NCBI GenBank assembly: GCA_002269645.1
Contig: NIVC01001635.1
Location: 192,388-256,387, forward strand
Reading direction: 5' to 3'
Length of the DNA: 64,000 bases
DNA from: Macrostomum lignano
Taxonomy: Eukaryota
A model generated the notes under the pieces. The model worked only from the letters and a program-made list of their open reading frames with translations, was not told where the DNA came from and ran no database searches. Of the stretch, positions 27,365-63,935 are shown in pieces. The first letter of the stretch is position 1; each line of letters starts with the position of its first letter. Both the position numbers and the translations under genes were made by a program.

Positions 27365-28645
27365 CCCCTATGAGTAGCGCTCCCTATCAGTAGCCCCCTA
27401 TCAGTAGCCCCCCATCAGTAGCCCCGTAGCCCCCATCAGTAGCCCCGTAGCCTCCATCAGTAGCCCTGTAGCCCCCATCAGTAGCCCCTTAGCCCCCATC
27501 AGTAGCCCCGTAGCCTCCATCAGTAGCCCCGTAGCCCCCATCAGTAGCCCCGTAGCCCCCATCAGTAGCCCCGTAGCCCCCATCAGTAGCCCCCCATTAA
27601 TAGCCCCTCCATCAGTAGCTCCCCATCAGTAGCCCCCCCCTATCAGTAGCCTCCATCAATAGCCCCACCAATAGCCCCCACCAATAGCCCCCCATCAGTA
27701 GCCCCCCATCAGTAGCCCCAATCAGTAGCCCCCATCAGTAGCCCCCATCAGTAGCCCCCCATTAATAGCCCCCTCCATCAGTAGCCCCTCATCAGTAGCC
27801 CCCATCAGTAGCCCCCATCAATAGCCCCACCAATAGCCCCCACCAATAGCCCCCCATCAGTAGCCCCCCATCAGTAGCCCCCATCAGTAGCCCCCATCAA
27901 TAGCCCCACCAATAGCCCCCACCAATAGCCCCCCATCAGTAGCCCCCATCAGTAGCCCCCATTAATAGCCCCCTCCATCAGTAGCCCCATCAGTAGCCCC
28001 CATCAGTAGCCCCATCAATAGCCCCACCAATAGCCCCCACCAATAGCCCCCCCATCAGTAGCCCCCATCAGTGGCCCCATCAGTAGCCCCCATCAATAGC
28101 CCCACCAATAGCCCCCACCAATAGCCCCCCCATCAGTAGCCCCCCATCAGTAGCCCCCAATCAGTAGCCCCCCATCAGTAGCCCCCATCAGTAGCCCCCA
28201 TTAATAGCCCCCTCCATCAGTAGCCCCCATCAGTAGCCCCCATCAGTAGCCCCCAATCAGTAGCCCCCCATCAGTAGCCCCCATCAGTAGCCCCCCATTA
28301 ATAGCCCCCTCCATCAGTAGCCCCCATCAGTAGCCCCCATCAGTAGCCCCCCATCAGTAGCCCCCCATCAGTAGCCCCCCATCAGTAGCCCCCCATCAGT
28401 AGCCCCCCATCAGTAGCCCCCATCAGTAGCCCCCATCAGTAGCCCCCATTAATAGCCCCCTCCATCAGTAGCCCCCCATCAGTAGCCCCCATCAGTAGCC
28501 CCCCATCAGTAGCCCCCATCAGTAGCCCCCCATCAGTAGCCCCCATCAGTAGCCCCCCATCAGTAGCCCCCATCAGTAGCCCCCATCAGTAGCCCCCATC
28601 AGTGCCCACCCCATCAGTAGCCCCCATCAGTAGCCCCCCATCAGT
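27365..28645. repeat. 12-14 bp minisatellite (ATCAGTAGCCCCC variants)
   Basis: Directly visible. Confidence 0.95.
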
Positions 28646-29179
28646 TCTTTGCCAGTAATCGATTTAGGAAAATGTACTGTCAAATAAACAAATACTGTGG
28701 GTTTTTAATTGTACGTTCAATTAATTTTCAGCTGCCCCAACTAAGAGAACGACACAGTTAAAGCTTATCCAATCGAAAAGGTTTCTAATAAATTAACTAT
28801 TTTCAATTATTTCCTAATTGAGTTTTGATTAGTCACATGCAGGTTGATTAATTGCACAGCGATAATTTTGCACCTTAACGAGTATGGCTCTTATTTGTTT
28901 TTTAGACCAGATAGCTCGTAATTGCCGTGTCTTCTTGTTTATAAAGTTTTCTCATATTTTCAAAAAAGTTTGATTTAATATAACCGCAAATATTTTGCTC
29001 ATTTTCTAAAAATATTGGCGTAGTTTGCTCTACTCAACAAAACACTGCATAGTGATCGCGGTACGGATATAAACACAGAGTTTAGAAGTGAATTCGTGCG
29101 GACAACTTGTTGATATTCTCACCGTTTTATCTGGTAACAAGGTTGCTGAGGATTTGGCAAAATGTTTCACTTGTGTAAA

Positions 29180-30425
29180 CTGCGAGCCTTCAATTGTGTA
29201 AATTGTGAGACTTCAATTGTGTGAAATGTGAGACTTCAATTGTGTGAAATGTGAGGCTTCAATTGTGTGAAATGTGAGGCTTCAATTGTGTGAAATGTGA
29301 GGCTTCAATTGTGTGAAATGTGAGGCTTCAATTGTGTGAAATGTGAGGCTTCAATTGTGTGAATTGTGAGGCTTCAATTGTGTGAAATATGAGGCTTCAA
29401 TTGTGTGAAATGTGAGGCTTCTATTGTGTGAACTGTGAGACTTGAATTATGTGAATTGTGAGGCTTCAATTGTGTGAAATGTGAGGCTTCAATTGTGTGA
29501 AATGTGAGGCTTCAATTGTGTGAATTGTGAGGCTTCAATTGTGTGAAATATGAGGCTTCAATTGTGTGAAATGTGAGGCTTCAATTGTGTGAACTGTGAG
29601 ACTTGAATTATGTGAATTGTGAGGCTTCAATTGTGTGAACTGTGAGACTTCAATTGTGTGAACTGTGAGACTTCAATTGTGTGGATTTTGAGACTTCAAT
29701 TGTGTGAATTGCAGGGCTTCAATTGTGTGAACTGTGAGACTTCAATTGTGTGAATTGTGAGACTTCAATTGTGTGAATTGCAGGGCTTCAATTGTGTGAA
29801 CTGTGAGACTTCAATTGTGTGAATTGTGAGACTTCAATTGTGTGAACTGTGAGACTTCAATTGTGTGAACTGTGAGACTTCAATTGTGTGAACTGTGAGA
29901 CTTCAATTGTGTGAACTGTAAGACTTCAATTGTGTGAACTGTAAGACTTCAATTGTGTGAACTGTGGGGGGCTTCAATTGTGTGAACTGTGGGGGGCTTC
30001 AATTGTGTGAACTGTGAGACTTCAATTGTGTGAAGTGTAAGGCTTCAATTGTGTGAATTGCAGGGCTGTAATTGTGTGAATTGTGAGACTTCAATTGTGT
30101 GAATTGTGAGACTTCAATTGTGTGAATTGTGAGACTTCAATTGTGTGAACTGTGAGACTTCAATTGTGTGAACTGTAAGACTTCAATTGTGTGAACTGTG
30201 GGGGGCTTCAATTGTGTGAACTGTGGGGGGCTTCAATTGTGTGAACTGTGAGACTTCAATTGTGTGAAGTGTAAGGCTTCAATTGTGTGAATTGCAGGGC
30301 TGTAATTGTGTGAATTGTGAGACTTCAATTGTGTGAATTGTGAGACTTCAATTGTGTGAATTGTGAGACTTCAATTGTGTGAAGTGCAAGACTTCAATTG
30401 TGTGAAATGTGGAGCTTCATTTGTG
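29180..30425. repeat. About 23-bp minisatellite (CTTCAATTGTGTGAACTGTGAGA)
   Basis: Directly visible. Confidence 0.95.
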
Positions 30426-32041
30426 GGTGAATCACGGGGCAATTATCGGGTTTCAGTTCGAATTAAACATAGCAACAATTTAAACAATTTCAGCTCTCCT
30501 TTCTAAGCCAGTCCGACACCTATGGGCCACACGTCATTCCTAGGCCAGCAAGCTCGGTCTATTGTTCTCAATTTATTCAGCAACCTCGTCAATTTTCGGG
30601 CTCATCTGTTCCGATGAGTCGTCAAAGTGTCTGTCAAATGCGGTGCACAGCTCAGCGCAATCTAATTAGTCAGAATCGTCAAAAATAATATTATCAAAAT
30701 GTTTTGATTTTGTTTAACGCATCCATACGAAATCGAATTATTAAATTAATTTCATAGTGATTTAATTACGAAAATTTAAATTCTTGGCCATCTATCCAAT
30801 ACTGTCGGTGTGCATGCTTGTTTCTCTCAGTCTATAGGGAAATAGACTTTTGTATGCCATATTTGCTCTATTTCACTTCCAAGGCTCTTTGTATACATAA
30901 GACACTACTATCTATGTATTACTTATTCCCTCCCTAGTCTCTGAAATAAAGTAGCTAATGCCTTTCTGTCATCCTTTAACTTTGTTGATTTTAATATGAC
31001 CCTAAACTGACTAAACTAAAACTAAAACACTTGCAAGTACTACGATCGTATGTACGAGTCGTACAAGTACAAGCGTCGGTTTTGTCAGTGTCTTTCACTT
31101 TCACGCGAGAGAAAACAATTTAATGTACTTTAATTAATTTTACTAATAAACAACAAGTTTTTTTTAACGACTCATCTAGGAGTAAATAAAAGGAAAAAGT
31201 ATTGGTGTACTATTAGTAAGTGTTTTTTCATTCTTTATCAGTTTATCAGTCGTGTTGCGTATTCACCGATTAAGAAAGAGAGCATACAGCGACCTTGATT
31301 CGTTCATTAAGCCAGGGCTAGGTAATAAAACCATTTTATTTGTTTCGTTTAGCACTGCAGTATAACGGCGACGGGACTTGACCCCCCCGGCTTTTATGCA
31401 CGCGCTTGAAGTTCACACGCACCCAGTCAGCCCCAACTCCTTTTTGACAAGCAGGCTTGTTAGTTAGGGGGTTTCGGGGGCCAGGGCTAATTTTAAAAAA
31501 GCCCAGCCAATCAGAGGCGGCATAGGGTGAGACTTGCCCAGCGTCATGTATGTACATTTAGATTGTACACCCAAAGCCTGACCGCCTGAAACAACAAACT
31601 CAGCCAACCTTGGATGAAATAAAGCCTTCATTTTTATTGGCTTATTTTTTGGCTCACTAAACTGACTCTTGAAAAAACATATTAGAAGACATTATACGAC
31701 TTTGTTTCAATGTTTTGACTGCCGTGACGTGACGCCTATTCGTAGGAACTGTGTATGTAAGTTGCCATTTTTGCTAAAAGCTACCTCTAATAAGGCCTTC
31801 ATGATGGCCTTCATGTCTGCTTGATAAAGCAACGAAGCTACCATACTAAACCAAACATGTCTTAGCATGATGCGTTCTTAGACATAAAAAATTTGAAAAA
31901 CGGGTGAAGCACCATGTTGCATGTATAAAATAATCTAAAATTCCCATTCAAACATGTATACGAACATATGGCTAATTCGTTTAACACAACAGGTGACAAA
32001 ACAGACTCTGGAGAGGACTCATCAGGACACAGACCAGTGGC

Positions 32042-33544
32042 ATGTGGCTCCAAGGCGATCCCAGCTGCCACAAGCATCACCAGCTGTTGCAAGAGCACCA
32101 TCGTCAGGTTCACCAAAGCGCCGTGCATCTGAGGCAAATTCCGCCTTGCACCGTCAGCTCACCGGAGCGTCCGCTGCATCTGCTGCTGCCCCTGACGGAG
32201 ACGCCAGCGCACAACGCCACCGGCACATCGTCGGGACAGTCAACGGTTAGACGGACCGCTGCGGTGCCTGACTCGGACGACGGCTTGCTGCGCTTTCCCG
32301 GCCAGCGCAAAGCCAGCGTGCCGCGCACCCCAGTTCGTCCAGACGTCAGCTGGATTCGCCCGTCCGATGTCACCGACAATAAAGTCGACGATTGCAACCG
32401 ATTAAAGCGACCTCCACTGCCACCGACGCCACCGCCGCTGCCCCCGCCGCCGCCACCACCTCGTTCAACGCCTCCAGTTCCAACTCAACAGTCGTCGAAC
32501 TCCAAGCTACAGCAGCCGCCATCGTTGCCGCCTCCGCCTACGGAGGAAGAGGTGCAACTATTGTTCAAACGACTTAATGTCAGACCAACAGCGACAACGA
32601 CCGAGAAGGCCGTCTGCAGCGCCAGCAAGAAGGTAATTGACTGGCAGTTGAAGCACGCCTGCCAGACTGCAACCGGACAAATCGAACAACAGCGTGAAAA
32701 GCCGTTGCCCAAGCAGCCACTTCGTCGGGCCACCAACTTGGCTGATGGCCTCGACAGGGTTGGTGAGCAGGAGCTTGTCAAAACTGATCGGCCGTCTGTA
32801 AAAGAGTTTGGTAGCCAGCAGCGGAAGGTGGCTACTCGTACCTTGGTAGCGTCCCCAAAGCGTAATCAACATCCTGAGCAATCGGCCGGGCCCGACGACC
32901 AAGCCTGGCGAAATTTTCGTCGCGTCCAACGCGAACTTCAGGCGCCGTTGCGTCGGATCGCTGAGCGATTGCGCTCGGACGACGAGGGAGCAGCTCAAGT
33001 GGACGACGGCGGTTCTGGCTACGAGGACGGCGAAGACACCGAAGCGGTGCCACGGGCTTGTCGAAATACCGCCGACAGGCGCTCGTGCCAGCGCGACTCC
33101 GCGACGGTTGCGTCATCTGCCGAACTGCACCGCCTCGAGCGGCAGCTTAGCGAGCTACGAGCCGACAGTCGGTCCGCTCAGCGGCGCCTACAGCATCGAC
33201 TCTGCGTTGACGATGCTCGACAGTCGAGAAAATCCTGCGCCTGCTGGCATCGCAAGCATCTTCATCATTGTCATCACCATCAGCATCAGCAGCAGGCCAG
33301 CAATCAGGCTGACGCGCTGCTTCTAGCTCGAGCTCGGCGCGACATTCTCCGGCGCCGGCGCCAGTCGCGCGAAGCGCTGGCTAGAGAGAGTCGCTCACTG
33401 GAGCGCCGATGCGACCGGCTGCGCGTTCGATTGAGCGAATTCGGTCGACGGCTGGCCGAGTGGCCGGAAGGTGCAGCTTCCGGTGCGCTGAGCGACTGCG
33501 ACAGCGAACTGCGAGCTGCCGCTGCTGTTCTGACTGAAGACTGA
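32042..33544 (+). CDS. 500-aa proline-rich/coiled-coil low-complexity ORF; probable terminal exon of the AGBL gene or a separate orphan gene
   Basis: Long non-repetitive GC-rich ORF with coding-like composition and no recognisable domain. An overlapping frame (31954-32250) carries the better splice acceptor at 31993. Confidence 0.6.
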   Translation: MWLQGDPSCHKHHQLLQEHHRQVHQSAVHLRQIPPCTVSSPERPLHLLLPLTETPAHNATGTSSGQSTVRRTAAVPDSDDGLLRFPGQRKASVPRTPVRPDVSWIRPSDVTDNKVDDCNRLKRPPLPPTPPPLPPPPPPPRSTPPVPTQQSSNSKLQQPPSLPPPPTEEEVQLLFKRLNVRPTATTTEKAVCSASKKVIDWQLKHACQTATGQIEQQREKPLPKQPLRRATNLADGLDRVGEQELVKTDRPSVKEFGSQQRKVATRTLVASPKRNQHPEQSAGPDDQAWRNFRRVQRELQAPLRRIAERLRSDDEGAAQVDDGGSGYEDGEDTEAVPRACRNTADRRSCQRDSATVASSAELHRLERQLSELRADSRSAQRRLQHRLCVDDARQSRKSCACWHRKHLHHCHHHQHQQQASNQADALLLARARRDILRRRRQSREALARESRSLERRCDRLRVRLSEFGRRLAEWPEGAASGALSDCDSELRAAAAVLTED

Positions 33545-33903
33545 TGACGTTTTAAGACTACAGTTACCATTTCAGTGCTGATTGATGTCCCTTTTTACTT
33601 GACTTTTTCAATTTCTGTAAGTGCCCTTCTGACGTAATTTCACTTACTGAACGCTTCTTCTTTGATTTTTATTACTCTGGACAGAAAAGAAACAGAAAAA
33701 ATGACAAAAAACTCTGTTTTGATTTTTATACAGTCGGTGTTGGACTGCAGTTTTGCTATATAGGTGTTGGTACATTTCGATTGTCCTTTATATTTTGAGT
33801 TGTTGCATTAACAATGTCCTTAGAACAATTATTCCATTCTTAATTCATCTATAAAGCTTAAAATTCACACCAGTCGCCGACTCTAAACTAGATCGTATCG
33901 TAT

Positions 33904-35128
33904 TCAGAAGTATAGATATTTCTGCCAGTCCATTAGCTCGGCAATGCTGCGATGAGGCAGCAGCACGATCGAGTCGTTGCCTTTGATAATCACGCACTCT
34001 CGCTTAGTCGGTTGCCAATAGAAGCCCAAACAGGTGGGAAAGATTTTCTGGCACCTGTGCGAGCACATCAGCCGATTTCTGACCGTAGTGCCGGCCACCG
34101 AGGCGGCCTCTTGCCAGCAGGCGGCTACAGGACGCGTAGCGTCAGATAGGTCTTTGTAGAAGGCAGTCGAATTGCCGTTGGACTGAATAAACCGACCGGT
34201 GGACATTGCGACGGGTGAATTGGGGAGCTGGTAAAGCTGGTCCGCGGGAGCAGAGTTGTGCTCCGAAATCGAGTAGCAATAGATGCTGTTGAGTTCGGTA
34301 CAGGTGGCGTCGCGTAGCTCGATGCCTGCATCTGACGACGGACTGTGGCTCATGGAGACGACACAGTCCTGACAACGATTTAATAAATTATTTGTTTGTT
34401 AGCGATGAGTAAATACGAATATAACTAGATTTTATAGTATATTGGGGGGTCTGTAGTCTAATGGTTGGAACGTCGGACTCGAGACTGAAAGGTCCCACTA
34501 GGAACGATTTGTGTCCTTGAGCAAGACACTCAACTCTGCATTGCTTCAGCTCACCCAGCTGTAAAATGGGTACCAGCTTGTGCAATTATAAGCGCACACA
34601 CACCTGATCTCCTCCGTAATTATTCGGCTCAACGCTGTTAAATCCGCTGTCTGTCGGGCCGGTCACTTGACCGTCAAGAATCCACACCCAGCCGTCCTTC
34701 CTGGTGTCCCGTTCATCGCCAGAGTCGGTGAGTCCGACCCACCAGCCCGGATCCACCAGGAAGTCGCTGATCCGAGCGCGCATCGATTCGAAGACTCGCC
34801 TGCTGATTGGCTCCTGGTGATCATGAATAGTTACGCATAATAATACCTGCATGCGACAGCCTCATCTATTGTCTCAAACACACCAACCACTTACAGTGTC
34901 CAGCCCACTTCCTCTTCATCAGTTCCTCACCTGTCCGTTGCTGTGGCAGGCGCGCACAGCCTGGCAGAAGTCAGCAGTGAAGTTGTAGGCATAGACGCAG
35001 TACTTCAGTGACGAATCCTGTACATCCGGCACGGTGAAGCTGTTCGGTTGGCATGACAACGAGGCTGTGACAGCTATCAGCAGCGAAGCAAATAGAAGAC
35101 AAAGCACTGTAAAGCATTTTGGTGGCAT
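33904..35128 (-). CDS. Secreted C-type lectin domain protein with a C-terminal PAN/apple-like domain, 3 exons, about 301 aa
   Basis: Exons are 35128-34931, 34846-34604 and 34368-33904, all phase 0 with GT-AG ends. Signal peptide MPPKCFTVLCLLFASLLIAVTA. CTLD motifs: F..A...C, WVGLTD, W.W.DG, EPNNYGGDQDCV, LRD..C. PAN-like pattern C...C.....C.GF.W......C. Confidence 0.8.
34444..34577 (+). mobile_element. SINE copy (tRNA-derived head lacking the B box, plus CORE-like domain) in lectin intron 2
   Basis: Near-identical core to the 39386 copy: GTGTCCTTGAGCAAGACACTCAACTCTGCATTGCTTCAGCTCACCCAGCTGTAAAATGGGTACC. Confidence 0.8.
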
Positions 35129-35464
35129 AATTGAATTTCAAATCAAAGAAGGCTTGCGAAAATTGATTGTGTCCTCTTTTATAGACTCTTAAACAAAGGG
35201 TGTTTTTCCTTGATTTTTTTTCCCAAGCGTGACTGAAACAATTCTGGGAGGATAGGCGAAGGTTCTCAGCCAAGGAAGAAAGTTGCGTGCTCTGATGAGT
35301 AAACAAAATTTCAGCATCGATGAGTGGCGAAAACGGAAATTTGATTGAATGGCATTTAAAAACTAAATTCCCAATTTTTTGTTCTTTGTTCTCTGCCGTC
35401 TCGCCGATGGGAAATTAATGACAAAATAGAACTCTGTTGTCGAATTTGTCGAACTGAATTTAAT

Positions 35465-36830
35465 TGGGTGTCAGGAATGCCAGAATCGGGTGTCAGGAAT
35501 GCCAGAATCGGGTGTCAGGAATGCCAGAATCGGGTGTCAGGAATGCCAGAATCGGGTGTCAGTAATGCCAGAATCGGGTGTCAGTAATGCCAGAATCGGG
35601 TGTCAGGAATGCCAGAATCGTGTGTCAGGAATGCCAGAATCGGGTGTCAGGAATGCCAGAATCGGGTGTCAGGAATGCCAGAATCGGGTGTCAGGAATGC
35701 CAGAATCGTGTGTCAGGAATGCCAGAATCGGGTGTCAGTAATGCCAGAATCGGGTGTCAGTAATGCCAGAATCGGGTGTCAGTAATGCCAGAATCGGGTG
35801 TCAGGAATGCCAGAATCGGGTGTCAGTAATGCCAGAATCGGGTATCAGTTATGCCACAATTGGGTGTCAGTAATGCCACAATTGGGTGTCAGGAATGCCA
35901 GAATCGGATGTCAGTAATGCCAGAACCGGGTGTCAGTAATGCCAGAATCGGGTGTCAGGAATGCCAGAATCGGGTGTCAGTAATGCCACAATTGGGTGTC
36001 AATAATGCCACAATTGGGTGTCAGTAATGCCAGAATCGGATGTCAGTAATGCCAGAACCGGGTGTCAGTAATGCCAGAATCGGGTGTCAGGAATGCCAGA
36101 ATCGGGTGTCAGTAATGCCAGAATCGGGTGTCAGGAATGCCAGAATCGGGTGTCAGTAATGCCAGAATCGGGTGTCAGGAATGCCAGAATTGGGTGTCAG
36201 TAATGCCAGAATCGGGTGTCAGGAATGCCAGAATCGGGTGTCAGTAATGCCAGAATCGGGTGTCGGGAATGCCAGAATTGGGTGTCAGTAATGTTAGAAT
36301 CGGGTGTCAGTAATGCCAGAATCGGGTGTCAGGAATGCCAGAATCGGGTGTCAGGAATGCCAGAATTGGGTGTCAGTAATGCCAGAATCGGGTGTCAGTA
36401 ATGCCAGAATTGGGTGTCAGTAATGTTAGAATCGGGTGTCAGTAATGCCAGAATTGGGTGTCAGTAATGCCAGAATCGGGTGTCAGTAATGCCAGAATTG
36501 GGTGTCAGTAATGTTAGAATCGGGTGTCAGTAATGCCAGAATCGGGTGTCAGGAATGCCGGAATTGGGTGTCAGTAATGCCAGAATCGGGTGTCAGTAAT
36601 GCCAGAATTGGGTGTCAGTAATGTTAGAATCGGGTGTCAGTAATGCCAGAATTGGGTGTCAGTAATGCCAGAATCGGGTGTCAGTAATGCCAGAATTGGG
36701 TGTCAGTAATGTTAGAATCGGGTGTCAGTAATGCCAGAATCGGGTGTCAGTAATGCCAGAATTGGGTGTCAGTAATGTTAGAATCGGGTGTCAGTAATGC
36801 CAGAATTGGGTGTCAGTAAAGCCAGAATCG
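35465..36830. repeat. 22-bp minisatellite (GGGTGTCAGTAATGCCAGAATC)
   Basis: Directly visible, about 60 units. Confidence 0.97.
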
Positions 36831-37634
36831 TTGGCTAATCAATTTATAGCCTCGACCATGCCAAGGAATTCGGCCTCTTACTGCTCGTAGAGTTGCCTTC
36901 AACCATGGTAGGTTTATGAGCAAATCAATGAGCAAAGCCTGAAAGATGAGGCATCAGGAGAAGGGTCAGCTCTGACAATAGACCCGTCTTCATGCTTATC
37001 GTGTGAGTTCTTCTTCTTTAAAGTTGGTTTTTATCTGCCACAATTTATCTGCGATATCTATAGTGATACGAGTAGAAACGTTTGCTTTCGCGTACAGAAA
37101 TTATATTATACTCAATCAGCAAGTTAGAGCCTATAAAAGCGTTTCTAAAAAATATAGAAAAATTGCAAAGTTTGACTCATCGGTTTCATTAATTTAATAG
37201 TATTTAAAACAAATAAACAAAAAAATTAATTGAGTCACTCACACCAGTCGCTACTAACAGTAGTTCGATGTATTTTTTCACAGGTTAAATAAGTTTAGTA
37301 TCAAGTTACCGTTGCTAAAGAACAAAAACATTTTTTGCTCCGGAAACTTAACTTTTGTTTTATTCCTACAGAGTTTGCATGGGGCGATAATTTTATCCAA
37401 GCTTCTATGTTTGCCCAGCTTTTAGTTTGATCAAACAAACTGCCTGCTGCTTTATTTACTCGTAGATTGCTTTACTTCTCCTCTGTTTGTTAACCATCAT
37501 CAGCAAATTGCTGAGCTTGCGGAAACAGAGAGCTTGTATTTCAGACAAAAAAGATTGTTGCATAGTCTTCTTTTCTTAATAATGTATTCCATTTTTCGGA
37601 TTGAAGCAGAGTTGGCTAAGATTGGATCATTACG

Positions 37635-38695
37635 TAGAGTGCCTCATTTATCGTACAGTAGAGTGCCTCATTTATTGTACAATAGAGTGCCTCATTTATC
37701 GTACAGTAGAGTGCCTCATTTATTGTACAATAGAGTGCCTCATTTATCGTACAGTAGAGGGCCTCATTTATTGTACAGTAGAGAGCCTCATTTATCGTAC
37801 AGTAGAGGGCCTCATTTTATCATAGAATAAAGTGGTTTCTTTAGCATACAGTAGAGAGCTTCATTTAAAACATTAAGTACACGTGAATGTGGATGTGTGT
37901 CTCATTTATAATTCAGTAGATAGTATTCACCCATTAGTGTCACACACGGAAAAGTGCCTCATTAGTGTCACACACAGAAAAGTGCCTCATTAGTGTCACA
38001 CACGGAAGAGTGCCTAATTAGTGTCACTGTGTCACACATAGAAGAGTGCCTCATTAGTGTCACACTGTCACTCACAGGAGAGTGCCTAATTAGTGTCACA
38101 CAGTCACACACAGGAGATTGCCTCATTAGTGTCACTCTTTCACGCACAGGAGAGTGCCTTATTAGTGTCACTCTTTCACACACAGGAGAGTGCCTTATTA
38201 GTGTCACACTGTCACTTACAGAAGAGTGCCTCATTAGTGTCACACTGTCACTCACAGGAGAGTGCCTAATTAGTGTCACACAGTCACACACAGGAGATTG
38301 CCTCATTAGTGTCACTCTTTCACGCACAGGAGAGTGCCTTATTAGTGTCACTCTTTCACACACAGGAGAGTGCCTTATTAGTGTCACACTGTCACTTACA
38401 GGAGAGTGCCTCATTAGGCTCACACTGTCACACACAGGAGAGTGCCTCATTAGTGTCACACTGTCACTCACAGGAGAGTGCCTCATTAGTGTCACACTGT
38501 CACTCACAGGAGAGTGCCTTATTAGTGTCACACTGTCACTCACAGGAGAGTGCCTCATTAGTGTCACTCTGTCACACACAGAAGAGTGCCTCATTAATGT
38601 CACACTGTCACACACAGAAGAGTGCCTCATTAGTGTCACTCTGTCACACACAGAAGAGTGCCTCATTAATGTCACACTGTCACACACAGAAGATT
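37635..38695. repeat. Adjacent 24-bp (37635-37865) and 36-bp (37925-38695) minisatellites sharing the core AGAGTGCCTCATT
   Basis: Directly visible. Matches the 8-aa and 12-aa periodic ORFs. Confidence 0.93.
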
Positions 38696-39385
38696 GCAGT
38701 AAAAAGTTCGCCTTCGTGGTCAAGTCTTGCAACTAGACATTTTGTAAGGCAAATAGAATATTAAATTTCGCGTTCCATGGCAAAGTCGTGGACTAAAAAT
38801 GCGAAAGAAATCGCCTCCCTTCAAGCCAAAATTCTTGCCAAACTATTGTGCTATGTTAGAATTTTTCCCTAATTAATGTGGGAAAACAGGGAATCCAGCG
38901 CCCGCTACCCTGCGCGGCTGGTTCTGGCCAGCTGGTTCTGGAAAAGATATGAAATATTCATATTACCTGCCTCTTGCCTCTTCAACAAAGGCCAAAATGC
39001 AATTGCAGTTTACCAGGGAGCTTCGCTATGGAGCAGAATAAAGAAAGGAGGGAGAAAAATGCTCTCTCTTGTCCCAACACGGCCGACGACAGGGCCCTGT
39101 AAGTAACGGCAGTTTCTGCAGGCACCAGAACCGCCTGGATGGCTAATATTTCTCGGCAAATTTTTTTGGCAAACGGTCTCTCATGGCTCACGCTCACCCA
39201 TCCTGTCGTTTGTTTGCCTTCTGCTGTTTTGGACCGGTTGTCAAGCTGTTTCAGGGGGGGGAGGCGGTTGGGGAGGCTTAGCGAATGTGTGGGCGGGGGG
39301 ACCCGCAGTGCTGGGGCGATGAAGCATGGAGTGCCAAGGTTGTAAAATCTGGATTGACCCGGCATCAGACGCAAAATTTAACAAG

Positions 39386-39610
39386 ACGGTTGCAGCCCAG
39401 TGGTCAGAGCGTCAGACTCGCGACTGAAAGGTCGGGGGTTCGATTCTCGATCCCACTCGGAACAATTTGTGTCTTTGAGCGAGACCCTTAACTCTGCATT
39501 GCTTCAGTTCACCCAGCTGTAAAATGGGTACCAGCATTAGCCCCCCCCCCAGTCCTTGGACTGAACAGCCGTACGCAGCCTTCAGATGCGCCTTGCACAT
39601 CAATTACTAA
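39386..39610 (+). mobile_element. Near full-length tRNA-derived SINE with a CORE-like central domain
   Basis: A box (AGTGGTCAGAGCG), B box (GGTTCGATTCT), a core resembling the MIR CORE consensus, and a 3' tail with a CAGTC-CTTG-GACTG hairpin. Four related copies occur in the window. Confidence 0.82.
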
Positions 39611-39996
39611 GAATAACATTATTCAAACTCCCAATATTTCACCTTTTGGACTTCAAAATAGTAAATTTGCGAGTAGCAGCTATATGTTTTCTTGCGGTTT
39701 ATTAAAAAATCACAATTTAATAATCAAGCTAATTATCAAAAAAACGCTACAGGAGCAGGAAAGCAATGTTTGTTCTGTTCCTATTGCTTTAAGCGTAATT
39801 TTTCTAGTGTGAAATTTTTTGACACAATTTGCCAATGTCGAAACCTCAGTTGAGTGTCAGTGCGGTAATGCAATTGGAAGGCCTATACTCAAATCCTAGA
39901 CCTGTGCATGCAGTGCTCCTTGATTGGCGGTAGGCATCTCCGTCTGCTTGCAGCAATCTTGCTTGCTTCTACACGCTTGGCCTCTGTTTCGGCTTG

Positions 39997-40011
39997 GTTG
40001 CCATTGGCAAC
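39997..40011. promoter_or_regulatory. RFX X-box (GTTGCCATTGGCAAC) about 220 bp upstream of the polycystin start codon
   Basis: Exact strict match at the position typical of ciliary gene promoters. Confidence 0.65.
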
Positions 40012-40228
40012 AGAGAATTACAAAGCCTGGGAAGGGGATTCGGGGGGGGGAGGAGTGGGGAGGAAAGTTTCCATCGGGATTAAAGTTGCGCATACCTTTT
40101 ACACAGGTCCTCTCCGCTCACAAATTCTGGACTAGCGTCTCATTGACATTGCTATCCACATACTTACATACCAAAGAGCTTAACGTTGAGAAGATATTCG
40201 ACAATAAATCATATTATTGTCCAGCTAG

Positions 40229-63529
<23,301 letters not shown>

Positions 63530-63654
63530 GTGAGTCTTTGTTGTATTACTTACCCGATCCTACATTTAAAACCGAGTCTTTGTACATTAGTGCTGGGTTA
63601 ATAGCTTAAAGCTTCTTGCCTTTAATAATTAGAAGTCTAGAAGTGGTTTTGTGG

Positions 63655-63935
63655 ATAAGAGTTTCATAGATCGCTATTGGCTGAGCCGAGTAGTGAGGTG
63701 GGTAGGAGTTTCAGAGATCGCTATTGGCTGAGCCGAGGAGTGAGGTGGGTAGGAGTTTCAGAGATCGCTATTGGCTGAGCCGAGGAGTGAGGTGGGTGGG
63801 TGTTTCAGAGATCGCTATTGGCTGAGCCGAGGAGTGAGGTGGGTAGGAGTTTCAGAGATCGCTATTAGCTGAGCCGAGGAGTGAGGTGGGTAGGAGTTTC
63901 AGAGATCGCTATTAGTTGAGCCGAGGAGTGAGGTG
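63655..63935. repeat. 47-bp minisatellite in the last visible polycystin intron
   Basis: GAGATCGCTATTGGCTGAGCCG recurs at 63714, 63761 and onward. Confidence 0.93.

Noticed and set aside
38772-38784. Partial X-box-like sites (GTTCCATGGCAAA at 38772, GTTGCTTGGCAGAC at 9472, GTCGCCATGG at 20910)
   Set aside because: Incomplete half-sites that are expected by chance. Not counted.
38880-39345. Short ORFs and splice-like signals between the lectin and polycystin genes
   Set aside because: I could not build a coherent multi-exon frame or find a recognisable motif.
39908-40135. ORF with a signal-peptide-like N-terminus as the polycystin start
   Set aside because: There is no usable donor. It overlaps the X-box/promoter region, and the exon at 40229-40289 gives a better signal peptide with the correct phase to the WSC exon.
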